Shown: positions 38,816-52,639 of the stretch, in pieces | How positions within the stretch are numbered: the first letter of the stretch is position 1 | How the letters are laid out: every line of letters begins with the position of its first letter | Assembly: GCA_001949185.1 (NCBI GenBank) | Contig: BDGG01000007.1 | Coordinates: 631,401 to 695,400 of the forward strand | Origin: Ramazzottius varieornatus | Lineage: Eukaryota > Animalia > Tardigrada | Direction: 5' to 3' | DNA: 64,000 nucleotides | The notes under the pieces: generated by a model | What the model was told of the DNA's origin: nothing | The model's input: the letters and a program-made list of their open reading frames with translations, nothing else | The model's database searches: none | Translations under genes and position numbers: made by a program

Positions 38816-39054
38816 GTGGCCTCAAATCGAAATGCCCGCTGCGTTCAAACTTCCGCGACCCTAAATTTCCAGTCAGTTATGGAGCACCGGACGGTTTCAT
38901 AGGCGCCTATCACTCATCAGTACGCTTGGCGATGTATTGCTAGATTAAGCTGATGTGTCAGAGGCGACTATGATGAGATCGTCCGGTGCTCCATAACTGA
39001 CTGTAATTTAGGGTCGCAGAAGCTTAACCGCAGCGGGCATCGCTGGCTCGGGCC
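38816..39054. repeat. Palindromic (foldback) element
   Basis: GCGACCCTAAATTTCCAGTCAGTTATGGAGCACCGGACG mirrored by CGTCCGGTGCTCCATAACTGACTGTAATTTAGGGTCGC. Confidence 0.75.
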
Positions 39055-39769
39055 CTCAATTCCTCCTTCACCTTTAAAGCGAGTAAGCATGACCTCAAAA
39101 CAGCAAAGCAGCTGTGCGCAATGGCTCCAGTTGTCGATCCCAAAATAACTATTGTTATTAAAATAACAAAGTCAGACTGGACCCATAAAATGCCTGGAAG
39201 AATGTACTGCTTCCAAATCTTCCGTAAAACGACTACATTGAGCCCAAAATAAGGGTCGCTTACTAACAGCGAACAGTAGAATTCTGGTGAATACATCAGG
39301 GTATCTGTCGGGACCGTGGCGAGACCTAGAGTCAAGCTAAAGCGCGAAAAGGAAGTGCAAAGGGAGAAAGGCAACACGGACAGTTGCAAATTCCAAATAT
39401 CAATGTAGAAAGACTATGTAAACAGCAGTTAATTCTCAGACCGAATTATATAGCGAATACCCAAGGGGACTCTGAATGGCAAACTCATCATAGGAAGCTC
39501 GAGCTTCAGACAGCACGATCCTTTTCTCAGGATGATTCCCCGATTTTTTTCTGATTTTTCCGAGTTTTCTAGTTTTTGCTTGAGTCATGGCTTTGTGTCC
39601 GAGCAATCAAATTCGTACGAATCAAAACGTACGAAGCAAAAACAGCTAGTTGATTAACAAAAAGTTGATTACTCTCAGGACCCTACCGGTCGGACAATAG
39701 TACGACCGACAGGGTATGACGTAACTCGTGCTGCCTGCTGCGCGATCGGCAGCGACGCGGCTGGGTAAC

Positions 39770-42590
39770 TAAGGTCGGGATCACAACAGGGAGGGGAGCA
39801 CTCACGTACAGAGAAATTTCTGAGCCGCTGCCCAGATCCCTTCATAGAGAAAATCTTGAGCGATCTTCCGACTTCGGAAATCGTTTTGCATGTTTTGATT
39901 GACAGAATTTGCTCTTGGTCATCCCGCCATCGGGGATATTTTTCTTGATTGTCCGCACGCTACAGACCAACCCGCTCACCGTGAACTTTGGACTCTGACG
40001 TCAATCAACCTGTTTTGAGAGTTTTGTCCCATACTTCCGCGTTTTACATCGGGTACCACAGCAAGCGCCCAAGCCGTCCGCAGTCTTTACAGGAAAAGTT
40101 CTACGTTGTAATAAGGGTTCGGCTAATTTATGGTAATGGGGGATAATTATTTTCTTCGAATCTACAAAGTATTACGGGCGTGGGACGAATTTCGTAATCA
40201 AGCGGGACACGGTAAAGACATTAAAACGGAAGCAAGCTAGGTCATTGTCATCGTCAAGATCTTGATCCAGGGGCTCCAAATCTCCGCCCTCTTCAGCAAC
40301 GTCCTCATCGGCTTGCTCGTCACCAACTGCCTCAATGCGGTCTTCCTTTGTGTCGATATCCCAGTAGTCATCCTCAAGCTTGATGCAATGGGCGAAGAGC
40401 TTGGGGAAGTCTTCTGGCTTGAAGATATTAGCAGATTCTTCCCACAGCTTGATCAGGTCAGGCAGCTTTCTGGTGGTGTTTTGCTTGGCGACATACCCTT
40501 TGCGGCGAGCCCAGAATTTTTCAATCGGGTTGAAGTCACAGTGGTAGGGCGGCAGACGAACTGTCTCGATGCCTTCTTCGGTCTTCAAATAGTCATCCAT
40601 GTAGTACCTGTCGCCCACGTGATTTTTCAGAAAGTCCGTCACCTTCTGCCACAGCTCGGCCACCAGTTCCCGCGCACCGAACTCGATCCTATGGTCAGCC
40701 AGCCACTGCTGGATTTCTTTCTTCACTCTCTTGGGTCTTCTGAACTGTGGCATCAAGCGGGAAAGATAACTTGCGTTATCCAGCACGATCACAACCGTGT
40801 CATATCCGTGGAGCCGAGCAAATTCTTTCAAACGGGGAACCACCACCTCCTTCATGAACCTAAAACCATAACAGCCAAAATTTATCCTGACGTCATCGAA
40901 AACTTGAAGCATTGGCATTCCGTCACGGTAAGAGTTTCATCACAAATTCTTTCGCAATCAGAAAGACCCAGTCGACAGCTTCATTTTGTCTGCTCGGACC
41001 GGAATGATCAAACCAACGGTTTGCGAGATGTACTCAAAAACTCAATTTTGACCCACTTTTTTTACTTTTCTCGAAATCATGCCACTTGATTGACCTGGTG
41101 CAACGAGCAAATCTCTTCCGCATGAAAAGACCATCAAAACAGATCGCACAATCTTTGATTGATTGATTTGACAGACTGGCTTACTTCTCGTAGTTTTGGT
41201 AGTTGAAATTCCCGTGGTAGTCCCTAGTGTGCTTTGAGGTTTCCCAGATAAGTCCACATCCGGGAACGAATCCTCTATCTTTCACCACGTCGAAAATGAC
41301 CAGACGCTTTCCCGATCCACTTGGATGTGACTGTCTGCAGTCCTTGCACAGGATTTCGGCTGTGCCGGTGGATTTTTCTTTGTCGAGTTCGATCCAACTC
41401 TTGCGAAACTGGTAGTTCTCGTTTAACCAAGTCTCATCCAGGAAGGCAATCAGGGCATTCTTCTGTCGAAACTGACGAACCGCTCGGATGTAACGGATAC
41501 GCCTGACTTTGAGGGTTGGGTGACCAAACAGGTGTTTAGTGGACCGATCCCGATATCGGAAGCCCATTCGACGTAACATACGATTCATCGTGGATTTCGA
41601 CACCTTAACACAGACTTCCGCCTCCACCAATGGCAGTAGAGATTCCACCGTGAGGTATATCTTACTTTTGTACTCCCGGTGAATGATCGCACGAATTTTC
41701 CCGTATTCCGACTCCTTCAACAAGTGCCGACCGACGCCCGCGACACCCTCCATTTCTTCCGCCTCGACAACCGGGTCCAAGGTTTCATTTACGTCATCTT
41801 CCGGAACGGTGTTGCTCTCGACTGCAGTTCCGCTCGGTGGACCAGTTATCAAATCCCAGTTCGTAGTGATGTTCTGCATGGTGCGTGGACTTCGCTGGCA
41901 CAGATGCACGATTGCCTTACGGCGACCTGCCAGAGTGGTCAGAGCATATTTATTCGACCCAAAAACGACTGATCCAGCACTTTCCATAAATGAGCAATAT
42001 GCCTCACATCCACGGGATACAGAGAAGAGCTGGAAGACATTTCTCAGCTTCCTGTTAGTTTTATCAGACTACGGTATACGCTATTATAGAATACTGTGGT
42101 GCATTTGAAAACTGAGGAGACGGTTTTCGCTTGTGTTTGATGGAAGCTCTCATCTCTCCAATTTTTTCCTGGCTGACTCTTCATACTTTCCAGCTGTGAT
42201 AGGAGAAGACAACAAAGAAGTTGTCTCGACTCTATCGTTTTCCAACGTGCAGCATGAAGGTTAGATGCCAGAAGGCCGATAAGAATATCGTCTGCCGGTA
42301 CCTTTCACATTTCACGCACGTACGCTACAGATTTCATTTTTTGCCTGCTGACGTCAGAGTCCAAAGTCCACGGTTTATTCGACCCCGGGTTGGTCTGTAG
42401 CGTGCGGACAATCAAGAAAAATATCCCCGATGGCGGGATGACCAAGAGCAAATTCTGTCAATCAAAACATGCAAAACGATTTCCGAAGTCGGAAGATCGC
42501 TCAAGATTTTCTCTATGAAGGGATCTGGGCAGCGGCTCAGAAATTTCTCTGTACGTGAGTGCTCCCCTCCCTGTTGTGATCCCGACCTTA
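39770..42590 (-). mobile_element. IS630-Tc1-mariner DNA transposon, Sailor-type (DD85E), ~235-bp TIRs, TA flanks
   Basis: TAAGGTCGGGATCACAACAGGG... at 39770 mirrored to ...CCCGACCTTA at 42590; internal transposase. Confidence 0.92.
40172..41987 (-). CDS. DDE transposase, ~496 aa (exons 41185-41987, 40172-40859)
   Basis: HTH-like VSKSTMNRMLRRMGFRY; FLDETW; DYHGNFN; VLDNASY then 85 aa to RLPPYHCDFNPIE; GTAAGC/TTTTAG intron joins in frame. Confidence 0.9.
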
Positions 42591-42639
42591 GGTGGGAGAG
42601 TGGATGATCGTGCAATGGTAAAATCGCCAGGGTGGTGGG

Positions 42640-42860
42640 TAGGTTGGTTGACCACTAGTGGTTGACCAATGATCTTGGTAGATTAACCACTAGCGGCTAG
42701 CCGTTAGTCTTGCTGTCTTGAACACTATTGGCTGACCATTGGTTTTTCTGGGTTGAGCACTAAGCGTCAGCCATTGGTTCCATTGCTTTTGCTATGTTTG
42801 ACCACCGATACTAGCCATTAGCATTGATAGGTTGACCGCCCAATCACAACTGGTTTATTT
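42640..42860. repeat. Degenerate minisatellite of GGTTGACCA(C/A/T)T-like units
   Basis: Repeated TTGACCACTAG/TTGACCAATG/CTGACCATTG units. Confidence 0.55.
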
Positions 42861-43152
42861 GCCCGTTATTTTTGTCTATTGGTCAATGGGCGTGGTAGTC
42901 GGTCTGGGCTTTTTATTACGTCAGATGTGAATGAACCTTTCCATTCTTTGATCTTTCTGCCATAGGCTCAAGCTTGCTATAGTTTCCCCAATTTAAGGGC
43001 TTTAGAATGCCTGAACAGCTTTCTACGATGACTCAAGCGGTCTGTGATTCTTTCTAAAGCTCTGCTGGAAGGACAACCTTTTGGGCGGAGCTCTCGCAAT
43101 ACCTTAATTAGAAATCATATTATTCTGCGTAGATGGTATCCTCTCAGCTTTA

Positions 43153-43392
43153 TTGTTCCTCGTGGCGCGGCAGAGGACTCGAGCGCTTAGCCCTGAATCG
43201 GTCAGCGGAAAACGGTTAATCAAGCGCCGTCTGAGCGTTGCTCAAGCTATGCTGGCATCACTGCTCTGGCACGTCATCACATCCTTCCCCATCATCTTTT
43301 TTACCATGACGTTTCCGCAAGTCATCTCGCAGCAGCCATGGCTTAGCGCGTGGATACGGGGGTCCACGTTACTGGAGCTTGGTGTTAGCCCG
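43153..43392 (+). pseudogene. GPCR TM6-TM7 exon fragment
   Basis: KRRLSVAQAMLASLLWHVITSFPIIFF...LLELGVSP followed by GTATG donor; no intact upstream exons seen. Confidence 0.5.
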
Positions 43393-43418
43393 GTATGCAA
43401 AGAACTCACAGTATGGTA

Positions 43419-43680
43419 TACAGTCCCACCTGTGAGATGTGACAGTTAGAACGCCCGACATCAGTTCCGGACAGTTCATGTGTACACGGGGCTGTTCGCC
43501 ATGCTGTTCGCATGAGACCGATCAGCTGATCAGACACGCGCTTGATTACTTGAGCAAGTCAAAAGACAGCCGGACGTCGATCAACTGATCGTGCTGCGCA
43601 GTGCATGGCCAGCAGTCTCGTGCAGAAACGCTGTTCGGTTGCAGATGGAGCAATTGTCACATCTCACAGGTAGGACTATA
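43419..43680. mobile_element. Tc1/mariner-type MITE
   Basis: TA-CAGTCCCACCTGTGAGATGTGACA / TGTCACATCTCACAGGTAGGACTA-TA. Confidence 0.75.
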
Positions 43681-44763
43681 TAGGCGATCTCAACATCAAT
43701 CTACCAGAAAACTGCGTGACCGCAAAATCACAAGTTTAAGTTTGCCAGTTAAATCAACAGCTGTCGGCATCAAGCCCGCAGTGCAATCCGCCAATTTGTC
43801 CCCGGATTTGGCGCATTCAGAGGCCAGTACATCGGGGCTCATTCTCGCAGTCTGCCTCTCACGACTGCGTATCATTGATTGTTGATCTGATGAAGAGATA
43901 GAATCGCAAAGTATCGCCGGAAGTGAAGCCACAGAATTTTTCGAGTGACTTTCTGAAGCGCTCAAACTTCATCGCTGATTTATCATTTTAAGACTGACAT
44001 CTCAATCATCGCCAGAAATCAGAACAACGGAAAGCGGAAGTCCGATGGCAGAAGATGGGTAAGAAGCCTTTCTTGAGCACATCTTTTAAAGAATCCGTCG
44101 TGGACTTGAATCGTCCGAGAATACCGTGCCTTCACCGTCACCGTCTGCAATGAGCTGAGCATTTCTGTTGGAGCTCCAAACGGTGGAGTCCCAAATGTAA
44201 CGACGTCTGCAGGGGGAGGAAGAAGGTCATACTATATTGGAAATCGAAAATACCAAACGACGTCCTAATAATTCAAATAATTCGAATTGCTGTCGGAAGC
44301 TGAATTCCGATTAATCGTAATCTTCAGTCCAGTAACGACAAACTACCGGCAATTACGGCTACGGGAAGAATTTTGAATAATCTTAACTGTATTTCAAACT
44401 GAACAATCGGAACAACACTGGTTTCTTCTACCGCAAGGTGTGAATTGTGAGAGAGGTCCTTTTTAGCGTCATTAATTCAATGTTCACGGAGTCTTTCAGC
44501 GCTCGGGTTAACTTACGGTGGTCGACCAGTGTCGTGGTCAGCGAGACGAGGTCGAGGTGTGACGTCACTTTTCCGAGCAAATCTAATCGATCTTTTTACG
44601 TCTTGCTTATTTGAGGAATCTACCTGCCAACCCCGGCTCATTCAAGAGAACAAACTCTGAGCTATCAGGAAAAACCTGCTCCACCGATAGCGGAGGAGCA
44701 CGACAGAAGATGTTCAGGATGAAAGTATTTCGTCCATTAGAAACGTCACAAAGCAGCCTGTAG

Positions 44764-45384
44764 CATTGCTGGCAACGACACGGTATACCGATATCGTATC
44801 GAAATATGTCGAATCTTTGCGATAAACTATGCGGCAGATATCGTATCGAAAATATCATATGAAACTCATATCGAATAATGCAATAAAGTATTCGACGATA
44901 TCGTATCGAAAATATCAAAATATATATAATAATTTCGATATATCGGTATTTTGATAATTGGCAAACGCGCCAGTGATATCTCGTTTACGGAAGACCATGG
45001 TTGATTTCAAAACTTGATTTTGGCCATGGTGTACCGAGCACACTCCACCCATTCGGTTCTGGTACTAATTCTGTCCAGGTTTCCATGTGTCTGAAGTCTG
45101 GGTATAATCATATCTTTGCTGCATACGCAGCTTTTGATCTTACCAGTACTCTATGTGGAAATCGGCTGCTTGAGATTTTGGGCTTGGACTAGTGAAATCC
45201 CGAAAACCTAAAATTCCAGAAATATCGATATATCGCTGCGATATATATATCGAAAATACGGTATCGGAAAAATATTGTATCGAAATATCGGTATCGAATG
45301 AATATCGAAGACCGCGATAAAATATCCGCCGGTATTGTATCGAAAAATATCGTATCGAATTTTATCGTATTTTTGCCAGCACTA
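44764..45384. mobile_element. hAT-type MITE (621 bp)
   Basis: TIRs CATTGCTGGCAA / TTGCCAGCACTA; perfect 8-bp TSD GCCTGTAG; dense TATCG/CGATA subterminal repeats. Confidence 0.9.
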
Positions 45385-46352
45385 GCCTGTAGTGCCCATA
45401 CGTGAGAAATTTTTGCGGGAGACTTCTTTCGGCATAGTCCATAGTACGATGTTTTTGCTACATTTTGGCTGTTTAGGCTCTCTGATAAACCTCCAACAAG
45501 GCGTGTGAACAGGAGCCAGAAATGACCCTTATTCCGTTGTTCGAACCACCAATTCTCACCGGTGGACTGATTGAAGAATGAAGACTCTGTCTCGTGGTCC
45601 GAAAGCCAGAGGTGTCTTCCACGTGATATCGGTTGAAATTTTGGAATCGGACTATAGGTTCAGGAGATACAAAATTACGAACGAACACCATGGGGTGGCG
45701 ATAACCCGTGACAGAGAATGTAGCACGGCGCGTACGACACCGCTTTCTGTCCACCGAATTTTCAAGTCGACTGGAGAGAAATACTCTCCAGTGGCGAGTA
45801 CAAAATTAATTTTCTCCTTTACCGTTCACCAGATTGTAGGTTTCCCATCTTTGCTACCTCTTCTCTTCAGGAAATCCTCTCCTGCTTGATTTCGGACGTG
45901 TGACGGCGCCTTTCACAATGACGTCACGCGGGATGATGGCTGAAAACCGAGCCCTGGCCCCTTGACGCCCGGGCTACTTTGGCATGGAGCTGCTAATGGT
46001 CCCCTGAGTCAAGGCCGCACCCAAGAACACTTCCGGTCCTGACGTAAGTGTTTGTCGTCTTGACATCATTAATTTTATTTTATTATTCCATCATGTAATG
46101 CCCCCGCCTTTCACACCCTCCGGCCGCATTCCTCGTCCGTAATCGCTTCTTGTACTTACTCTAGCCATGTCAGATTCCAGCAGCTGACTTCAGCTCCCGC
46201 ATCCCATCTACCGTCGTCTTGTCAGAGCTACCACGCCAAGGACGTCGAAGAATGCTAAACACTGCTCGAAGACGCCATGGTTGATTGACGATTGACTGCG
46301 CCTTCTTCGAAAGAACAGCTGGTCGCTTGATTGGCTTGATTCGGTGCTTCCA

Positions 46353-49300
46353 ATGGCTAGTTTTCCCTGGTGGCATAGCTTCCGAAGCTTTAGCCTTCTC
46401 CTCGTCCTCAGCCACGTTTCCATTCATTTTGCAGATGGAGCGGCTTATGGTACTCCCTATGGAACTCAGACCGGATATTCACAGCAAGAGTATGGACCGC
46501 AGAAATTCCTCAACCAGATGCAAGATCCACTGTTACGACTCCGCACACAAATCGCCAGTACGGACAGTCGACTCTTCCTCGATGAACCTGTTAACCCGAG
46601 TCTGCAATCAGCAGCCAGTAAACTGTCCATTACAGCTATGATTAACAGGATTCTTCCTTGCCAAGTCGTGGATGATTCGCAAATCAAAGAGCCATCTGTC
46701 TTTCGCTATCACAACTATGACGAACTTACGGGCTTCCTGCAAAATTTCTCCTTGGCTTATCCCAGTATTTCTCGGCTTTATTCGGTGGGGAAGAGTGTAC
46801 AGAACCGGGACTTGTGGGTGATCGAAATTGGGAACAACCCTGGTGTCCATGATCCTGGTAGGACAGAACGAGGAGGAATTTTTGCCCAAAAGTCTTCCGT
46901 TTGGTCAATCAACCATTTTACCGTAGTCAAATCAACAGATAGTGAAACCTGCGCATTCCTATCTTAGCGTGCGCTCAAATGTGCACCTCTGTTAACATTT
47001 TGCGCTCCTATCTGTGCTGCGCCTTGTTGGGGATATGCACAAGCCACGGTGTTTACCTTGCGATTTCAGGTGCCAACATCAGGTTATGACGACTTCTGAT
47101 TTGTGAAGCTGTTTGTTTGCTTCTTCCAGGTAAACCAGAGTTCAAGTACGTCGGAAACATGCACGGGAATGAGGTTGTCGGTCGGGAAATCCTACTCAAC
47201 TTCATCGAAGTCTTACTCCGGAACTACAAGTCCGTTGACTGTATCAAAAAGATGGTCGACGCCACTAGGATCCACATTCTTCCCAGCATGAACCCTGACG
47301 GCTTCGAACGGTCCATCCCCGGGGACTACGAAAGCATTCAAGGCCGAGCCAACTTCCATGACAAAGACCTGAACAGGTAATTCACAAAGCATCTGGGAGG
47401 TCTGCCAACAACCTCGACAAGATCGTTCTTCGAAGTGGCGCACGCTCTCAGCCAGTGACACAGACGACATGCGCCACTGGAACACACTTGACAAGATTAT
47501 TTCTCGAAGTGGCGCACACGTTCAGTCAAAAACGCTAGCAGCGTGCGCCACCTGGGAAACAAAACTGACAAGACCGTTTCTCGAAGAGCACACGCTTTCA
47601 GCCAAGTGCACTTGAAACTTGGGCCACTTCGGAGAACGATCTCGTCGAATATGTTTCCAATTCCTCAATCCCCATTCACCCAGTCAGGGATTTGCTCAGT
47701 TATTTTCTCCGATAGGAATTTTCCGGACCAGTATGCCATTACGCAGGACAATCGCCAACAGGAACCCGAGACGCTTGCCGTCATGAACTGGATCAAGGCC
47801 TACCCGTTCGTCCTGTCCGCGAACCTTCATGGAGGTTCGCTGGTGGCGAACTACCCCTTCGACGACAACCAGGACATGAGCAAGAGCTACGAGAACACAC
47901 TGTACAGCCAAAGTCCCGACGACGCCATCTTCAAGCAACTGGCTGCGGCGTACTCGGAGGCTCACGCCACCATGTATGAGGGGGTACCTTGCCCAAGGTA
48001 CAAACAGTCAGAGTTCTTTGAAGATGGGATTACCAACGGGGCGAAATGGTATCCTGTTGCAGGTATCAGAATTTTGCAATTACGGGAAAAATCGGTTCGA
48101 AAAATAGAAGTAATTCCCGTTTTATTTTCATATTCTCTTCTTGCAGGTGGGATGCAGGACTGGAACTACCTCAATACCAACACGTTCGAAATCACAGTGG
48201 AGCTCGGCTGCTGGAAGTACCCCCGAGAAGAGTTTCTCAAGCGGTACTGGAACGAGAACCGTAAAGCCCTCTTCGCCTACCTCATGGAGGTCCACAAAGG
48301 TATCAAGGGTTTCACGACGGACGAGCAGGGTTCTCCACTTTCCGGTGTGACCATCCGTGTCGAAGGCATCGAGCATGTGGTTACCTCGAATGAGGACGGG
48401 GACTACTGGAGACTGCTCGTACCGGGTGACTACCGTATAACGGCCTACAAGAAAGGCTATCAGGTGGACAAGAAGAAAGCCACGGTGTACAAAGACAAGA
48501 TGGCCACCTCAGTCAACTTCACCTTGAAAAGGTACACGAACTAGAAACCCATCCACACACGAGAAATTAAAAAATCAATCAAGAAATCTGAAAAAGTCGA
48601 GATACAGTGAGGTGGAGTAGGAGATTTGCAGACAACCTCTACCACTATTCTCACATGGCGCACGTTTTTTGTATTATTGGCCGGTAGCGTGCGCCACTTA
48701 GAATAGCGATCTTGACCAGCTGCCACGTGGCGCACTTTACCAGCTTTATTGACCGGTAATGTGCGCCACTTGGGAAAGTGGTGGTGTCGAATCGCCAAGT
48801 GGCGCACGTTTTTGTAGTTATTGGCCTGAAGTGTGCACTGCTTGGAAAAACTATCTGATCGAATGTGTTTATTTAATTTGGATTTTGTCCCTAGGTTGAG
48901 TACAGCAGCTGAAACGGGTCAGTATGATATCGAGAACGAGGGTGGTTGGCGGACCATTCCTGCCACTGCTCATCAGTCCGACAAGAACCTCAAAGCCGGC
49001 ATCGCTCACATTCCTACACACATCCCAGGACAATCCTCGGTAGAGACCAGCACAAGGAAGGACGCCGGAGCGGATGTCTCCATACTTCCGCTAGCTGGAC
49101 TAAACTCCGGAGCAGGCGATGGAGTTAAGTCGGAGGGATCGTCCAAAATGACAGCGCTGATTTGGCTGTTGTTCGTTTGTGAGTACTTCAAACGCCTGCA
49201 CTAGTTTCTCCACCTTCTTAACTTTCCGGAGATCGCTCAGAGTTTTACATGTGATAAATGATTTTCGTGGTCCATTCGTCATACTCATTCGTATTCTGTC

Positions 49301-49708
49301 TTAGGTTTCCCTTTTTGCGTTCGAGAAATGTATTTTGTTTGAAAACGTTCGAACTCTGTCACCGTTAAAATCATCTCACCCGTATGACTTTGCGCACCTG
49401 CACATGGTCTGATATGTTGGATTGGCTCTTACTGGTTTCTTCAACTAGGCACCGTCATCGCCATGCTGGGTTTCTTCGGGCTATCCTTGTACAGTCTACG
49501 GCGGAAGAGGTTCACGGCGGAAGGTGCTTACACCTCTCCTATACAGAATCGGACCTTCGATGACATGGAACGCGGCAAAGTGACACATTCCAGTGTGGGA
49601 CGAGCTGTTAGACTCTCCCCTCACGGCAGCCGGAGCTCTGCCGGTAATGGACCACGTCGCGGTCACGAAGCCAGATCTCTCCTCAGCGATGACGTGAATG
49701 ACGATTAA
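46353..49708 (+). CDS. M14B metallocarboxypeptidase (CPD/CPM-like), single catalytic domain plus TM
   Basis: Signal peptide; YHNYDEL; GKPEFKYVGNMHGNEVVGRE; DLNR/NFPD; SANLHGGSLVANYPFD; GGMQDWNY..EITVELGC; transthyretin-like GIKGF..GDYWRLLVPG; TM and tail ending RSLLSDDVNDD. Confidence 0.92.
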
Positions 49709-51384
49709 TAAAATGTTTCTTTTTTCTATTGTAGTAAACTCTTTATGGTAGTTCTTCCTGTGAGAATGATGTTTGAGAATGTTTTACTAGATTGCTCAAA
49801 GTTCCGATTTTATCTTCCATACTTTCGCTGTTTGAACAAATCAGTTTACGTCGGTGTCAACAGTCGTCCGTCTTTACGGAATTTCAGTTCACGGCTGCGG
49901 ACAAGTGTCGATGATTCAGAGTCGATTTTTTGTTTGAGCACCTTAGTTCGTTCAGGGATCTAGTAGAAAGAGGAGACAAAAGGTGCCTTGCTCGAAGCAG
50001 TAAAGAGGTCTTGATAAAACGAAAACCTGGCTGCAGTTCACAGAATAGGTAAACATGGTCAGCGTAATGAAGCTCTTTTTTGTGACGATGACACAACCCA
50101 ATTAACTACGGTATGATATGCATGCGGCTGAAATACTGACCATAGAGCTGGATTTTCTTCGCAAAAAGTTCCCGACGAACTAGACAACCAAAATGAATTT
50201 CACATGTTTCCGCGATCGCGTACAGTTCGAACAATTCGGTCGTAACCGCAGTCCTGGGCGAGAGCTTAACAGCAGTCCGGTCAGGGATGCAGTTTCCAGG
50301 TCTTCAGATTTTGTACTGTCTACTTAAGAGTTCGAGGCAGTCTGGCAAGACAATAGGTCCAGGATGTTCACGTGTGTCACAGATCCGTTATAACGTACAA
50401 GATGGACATCGAACAGTGACCGTAGGTGGGTCTGTATTCTGCTGAAGCGGCTGTTCGCTCATTCTTGTATTGTTTGACTGCCCTAACTTTACAATATCCT
50501 CCCAAAAGGAGAGCCCTTAAGGGAGTAAAGGGTCCTCAGGCGATATGCGAGAAGAAAGTCAAAACACTTGACAAACCCTCAATACGGATTTTCATTCTTC
50601 AGAGTATTGGTGGTCGTTTAAATGACGTTTCCTTGGACAATATTCGTTACGCAACCGTCAACCTTTACGCCGACTGAAATCGTGTAGCTCGAGCTTTCGT
50701 CATGGGTCTTGAAAGTGATCTGGATGATCTCCGTCGCACGCATGCCACGCATCTACGAGTTTACAAATATCAGCTGAAAAGGTTTGCCAAGCCGCAGTTG
50801 CAGATGCATTTCATCGACGCGTGTTCTCCGCTCTCCATTGACGATTCTTCCTTACATGATGTGGTGTATGAGTCTTCGACCATCTGGACTTCAGCAACAA
50901 CTGGCGTCTGCGCCGGTGAGTAACAATTGATGAGTATAGATGTGACAAATTATTACGAGGTACAGGGCATCAGGGGCGCGTGGAGGTCCCGCGGATGGGT
51001 AAGGCTGATCAGCCTGTGAGGCTGGGAAAACCGTGGTTTTGAGCCTCGAGGCTGACGAAAACTGTGAAGGAGCCTCACGAGGCTGAAAAAAACGAAAAAA
51101 GCAGTATGGTACGCAAAAAGAAGAAATCAGGCTAATTCTATATGGAGCGTCATATAAAAGTACCTTGGTTTCTATTTGTCAATGGCACAGGTGGTGGTTA
51201 CGCAGTTTCACTGTAAACTGAGCCTAATGAAGAGTTAGATGATCATAGAAACTTAGAAAAGTATAAAACATTAAGAGATAAGACAGAAAAATAGGTAAGA
51301 CTGGAAACTAACAAAAGAAAGAAGAAAGAAGGAGACAGCAGAAGGAAAAGAAAAAGCAGGAGGGTCTCTGGCCCGCTGGACGCC

Positions 51385-51707
51385 TTACTTGTGGTTTTTG
51401 GCCACATTTCGGAGCTCCTCCATGCGAAGGATGTCCATATCGGACGCGTCCGAGCAGTGGGACTTGCGTCGCTCCCGCCCAGACTTGCCACGACGGACAC
51501 CGAACAACCAAACGAGTCCGCCCAAACCGAAAACCAACAAGGCCCCGATCACAATCAGGGCAATCTGACCTGGCGTGAGTCCTCCGGGATCCTGTTGGGA
51601 TGGGGTGGTGGTAGGAACCTCGGGGATAGGTGTGCTGTTGGTCGGCAGAGTGGTGGACGACCTGCTTGTGGTCATTGCGACCGTCGTTGTGGTGGCCAGG
51701 TCGACAA
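51385..51707 (-). CDS. Terminal exon encoding Thr-rich stalk, TM helix and basic tail (inside hAT element)
   Basis: TTTTAG acceptor; TTTTVAMTTSRSSTT...GLTPGQIALIVIGALLVFGLGGLVWLFGVRRGK; upstream exon not identified. Confidence 0.6.
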
Positions 51708-52639
51708 CTAAAAACAAATCGTTTAAGTTGTCGCGGTGTCAGGCATTATGATAACAAGCGGCGAAATACTTTCATTGCATACTTTAACGCATGCAATGAA
51801 GGTACTTCGCCGCGTGTTTGTAAGGGAAAGCTATGTGACACCCATCCAACTTCTTGGGTACTTTTGCTGCATCCAGCGAACCCAAGTACAAGCCCGCCCA
51901 GGCCAACTTGCTACCACACATAAAGCTGAAGTGTTCTCGACCCGATCATCGTCCAGTTTTCCTTGATTCAACATACTGTTTGCCATCTCACCAAAAACTA
52001 CTCGCTGGATAATCTGTCGGAATCGACATAGTACTAAAAAAAGGAGCGAGGCGAAGAATGCATCAACATTGACAGTTATTGCAACCGTTTTTGAAAATTA
52101 TTTTTTCGGTTTCTTACAGACCTCCTGCGGTTTTGTTGTCGAGAAAAATTAGAACTAGGTCTGGGCTACAGAAAAGTATGTCGAAAACATGAATCCGTCG
52201 TTCGGAACCGGAGCTACAAATTTTCCCGCAAAACGGTTTTTCCGGCAAAGTGGCGGAGTTCCCCAGTTTCAATTCATTTACCGAGCTAGTTCGATGTCCC
52301 TATGGCCGTTCCTGATTTTCACTGACAAATCAGATACTCATAGGTGTACTGTCCTCAGACTGGGGATCGTAGCTCGCACCGAGAATTCTGGAAACTGTAT
52401 TTCAGTAGCAGCGACATGTCTTACCCACCTTCGGTCGTATCAGACAGAATTTCAAAGCTATTTCTTAGTGTAAGCACAGGAGTTCTGTGCTAATCGAAAC
52501 AGCTTGAAAAGTTTTCTGGACATCGTGAACGAGTGCGCGGAAAAGATGCACTCTGAATTTTTTAACGTGAAAAGTCCAGGTGGTAGCAAGTTGGCCCGGG
52601 CAGGATACATTTTGGCGTTGTTAGCCTGGTAGGTCCCAC

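Noticed and set aside
40262-41089. 275-aa plus-strand ORF
   Set aside because: Antisense to the transposase
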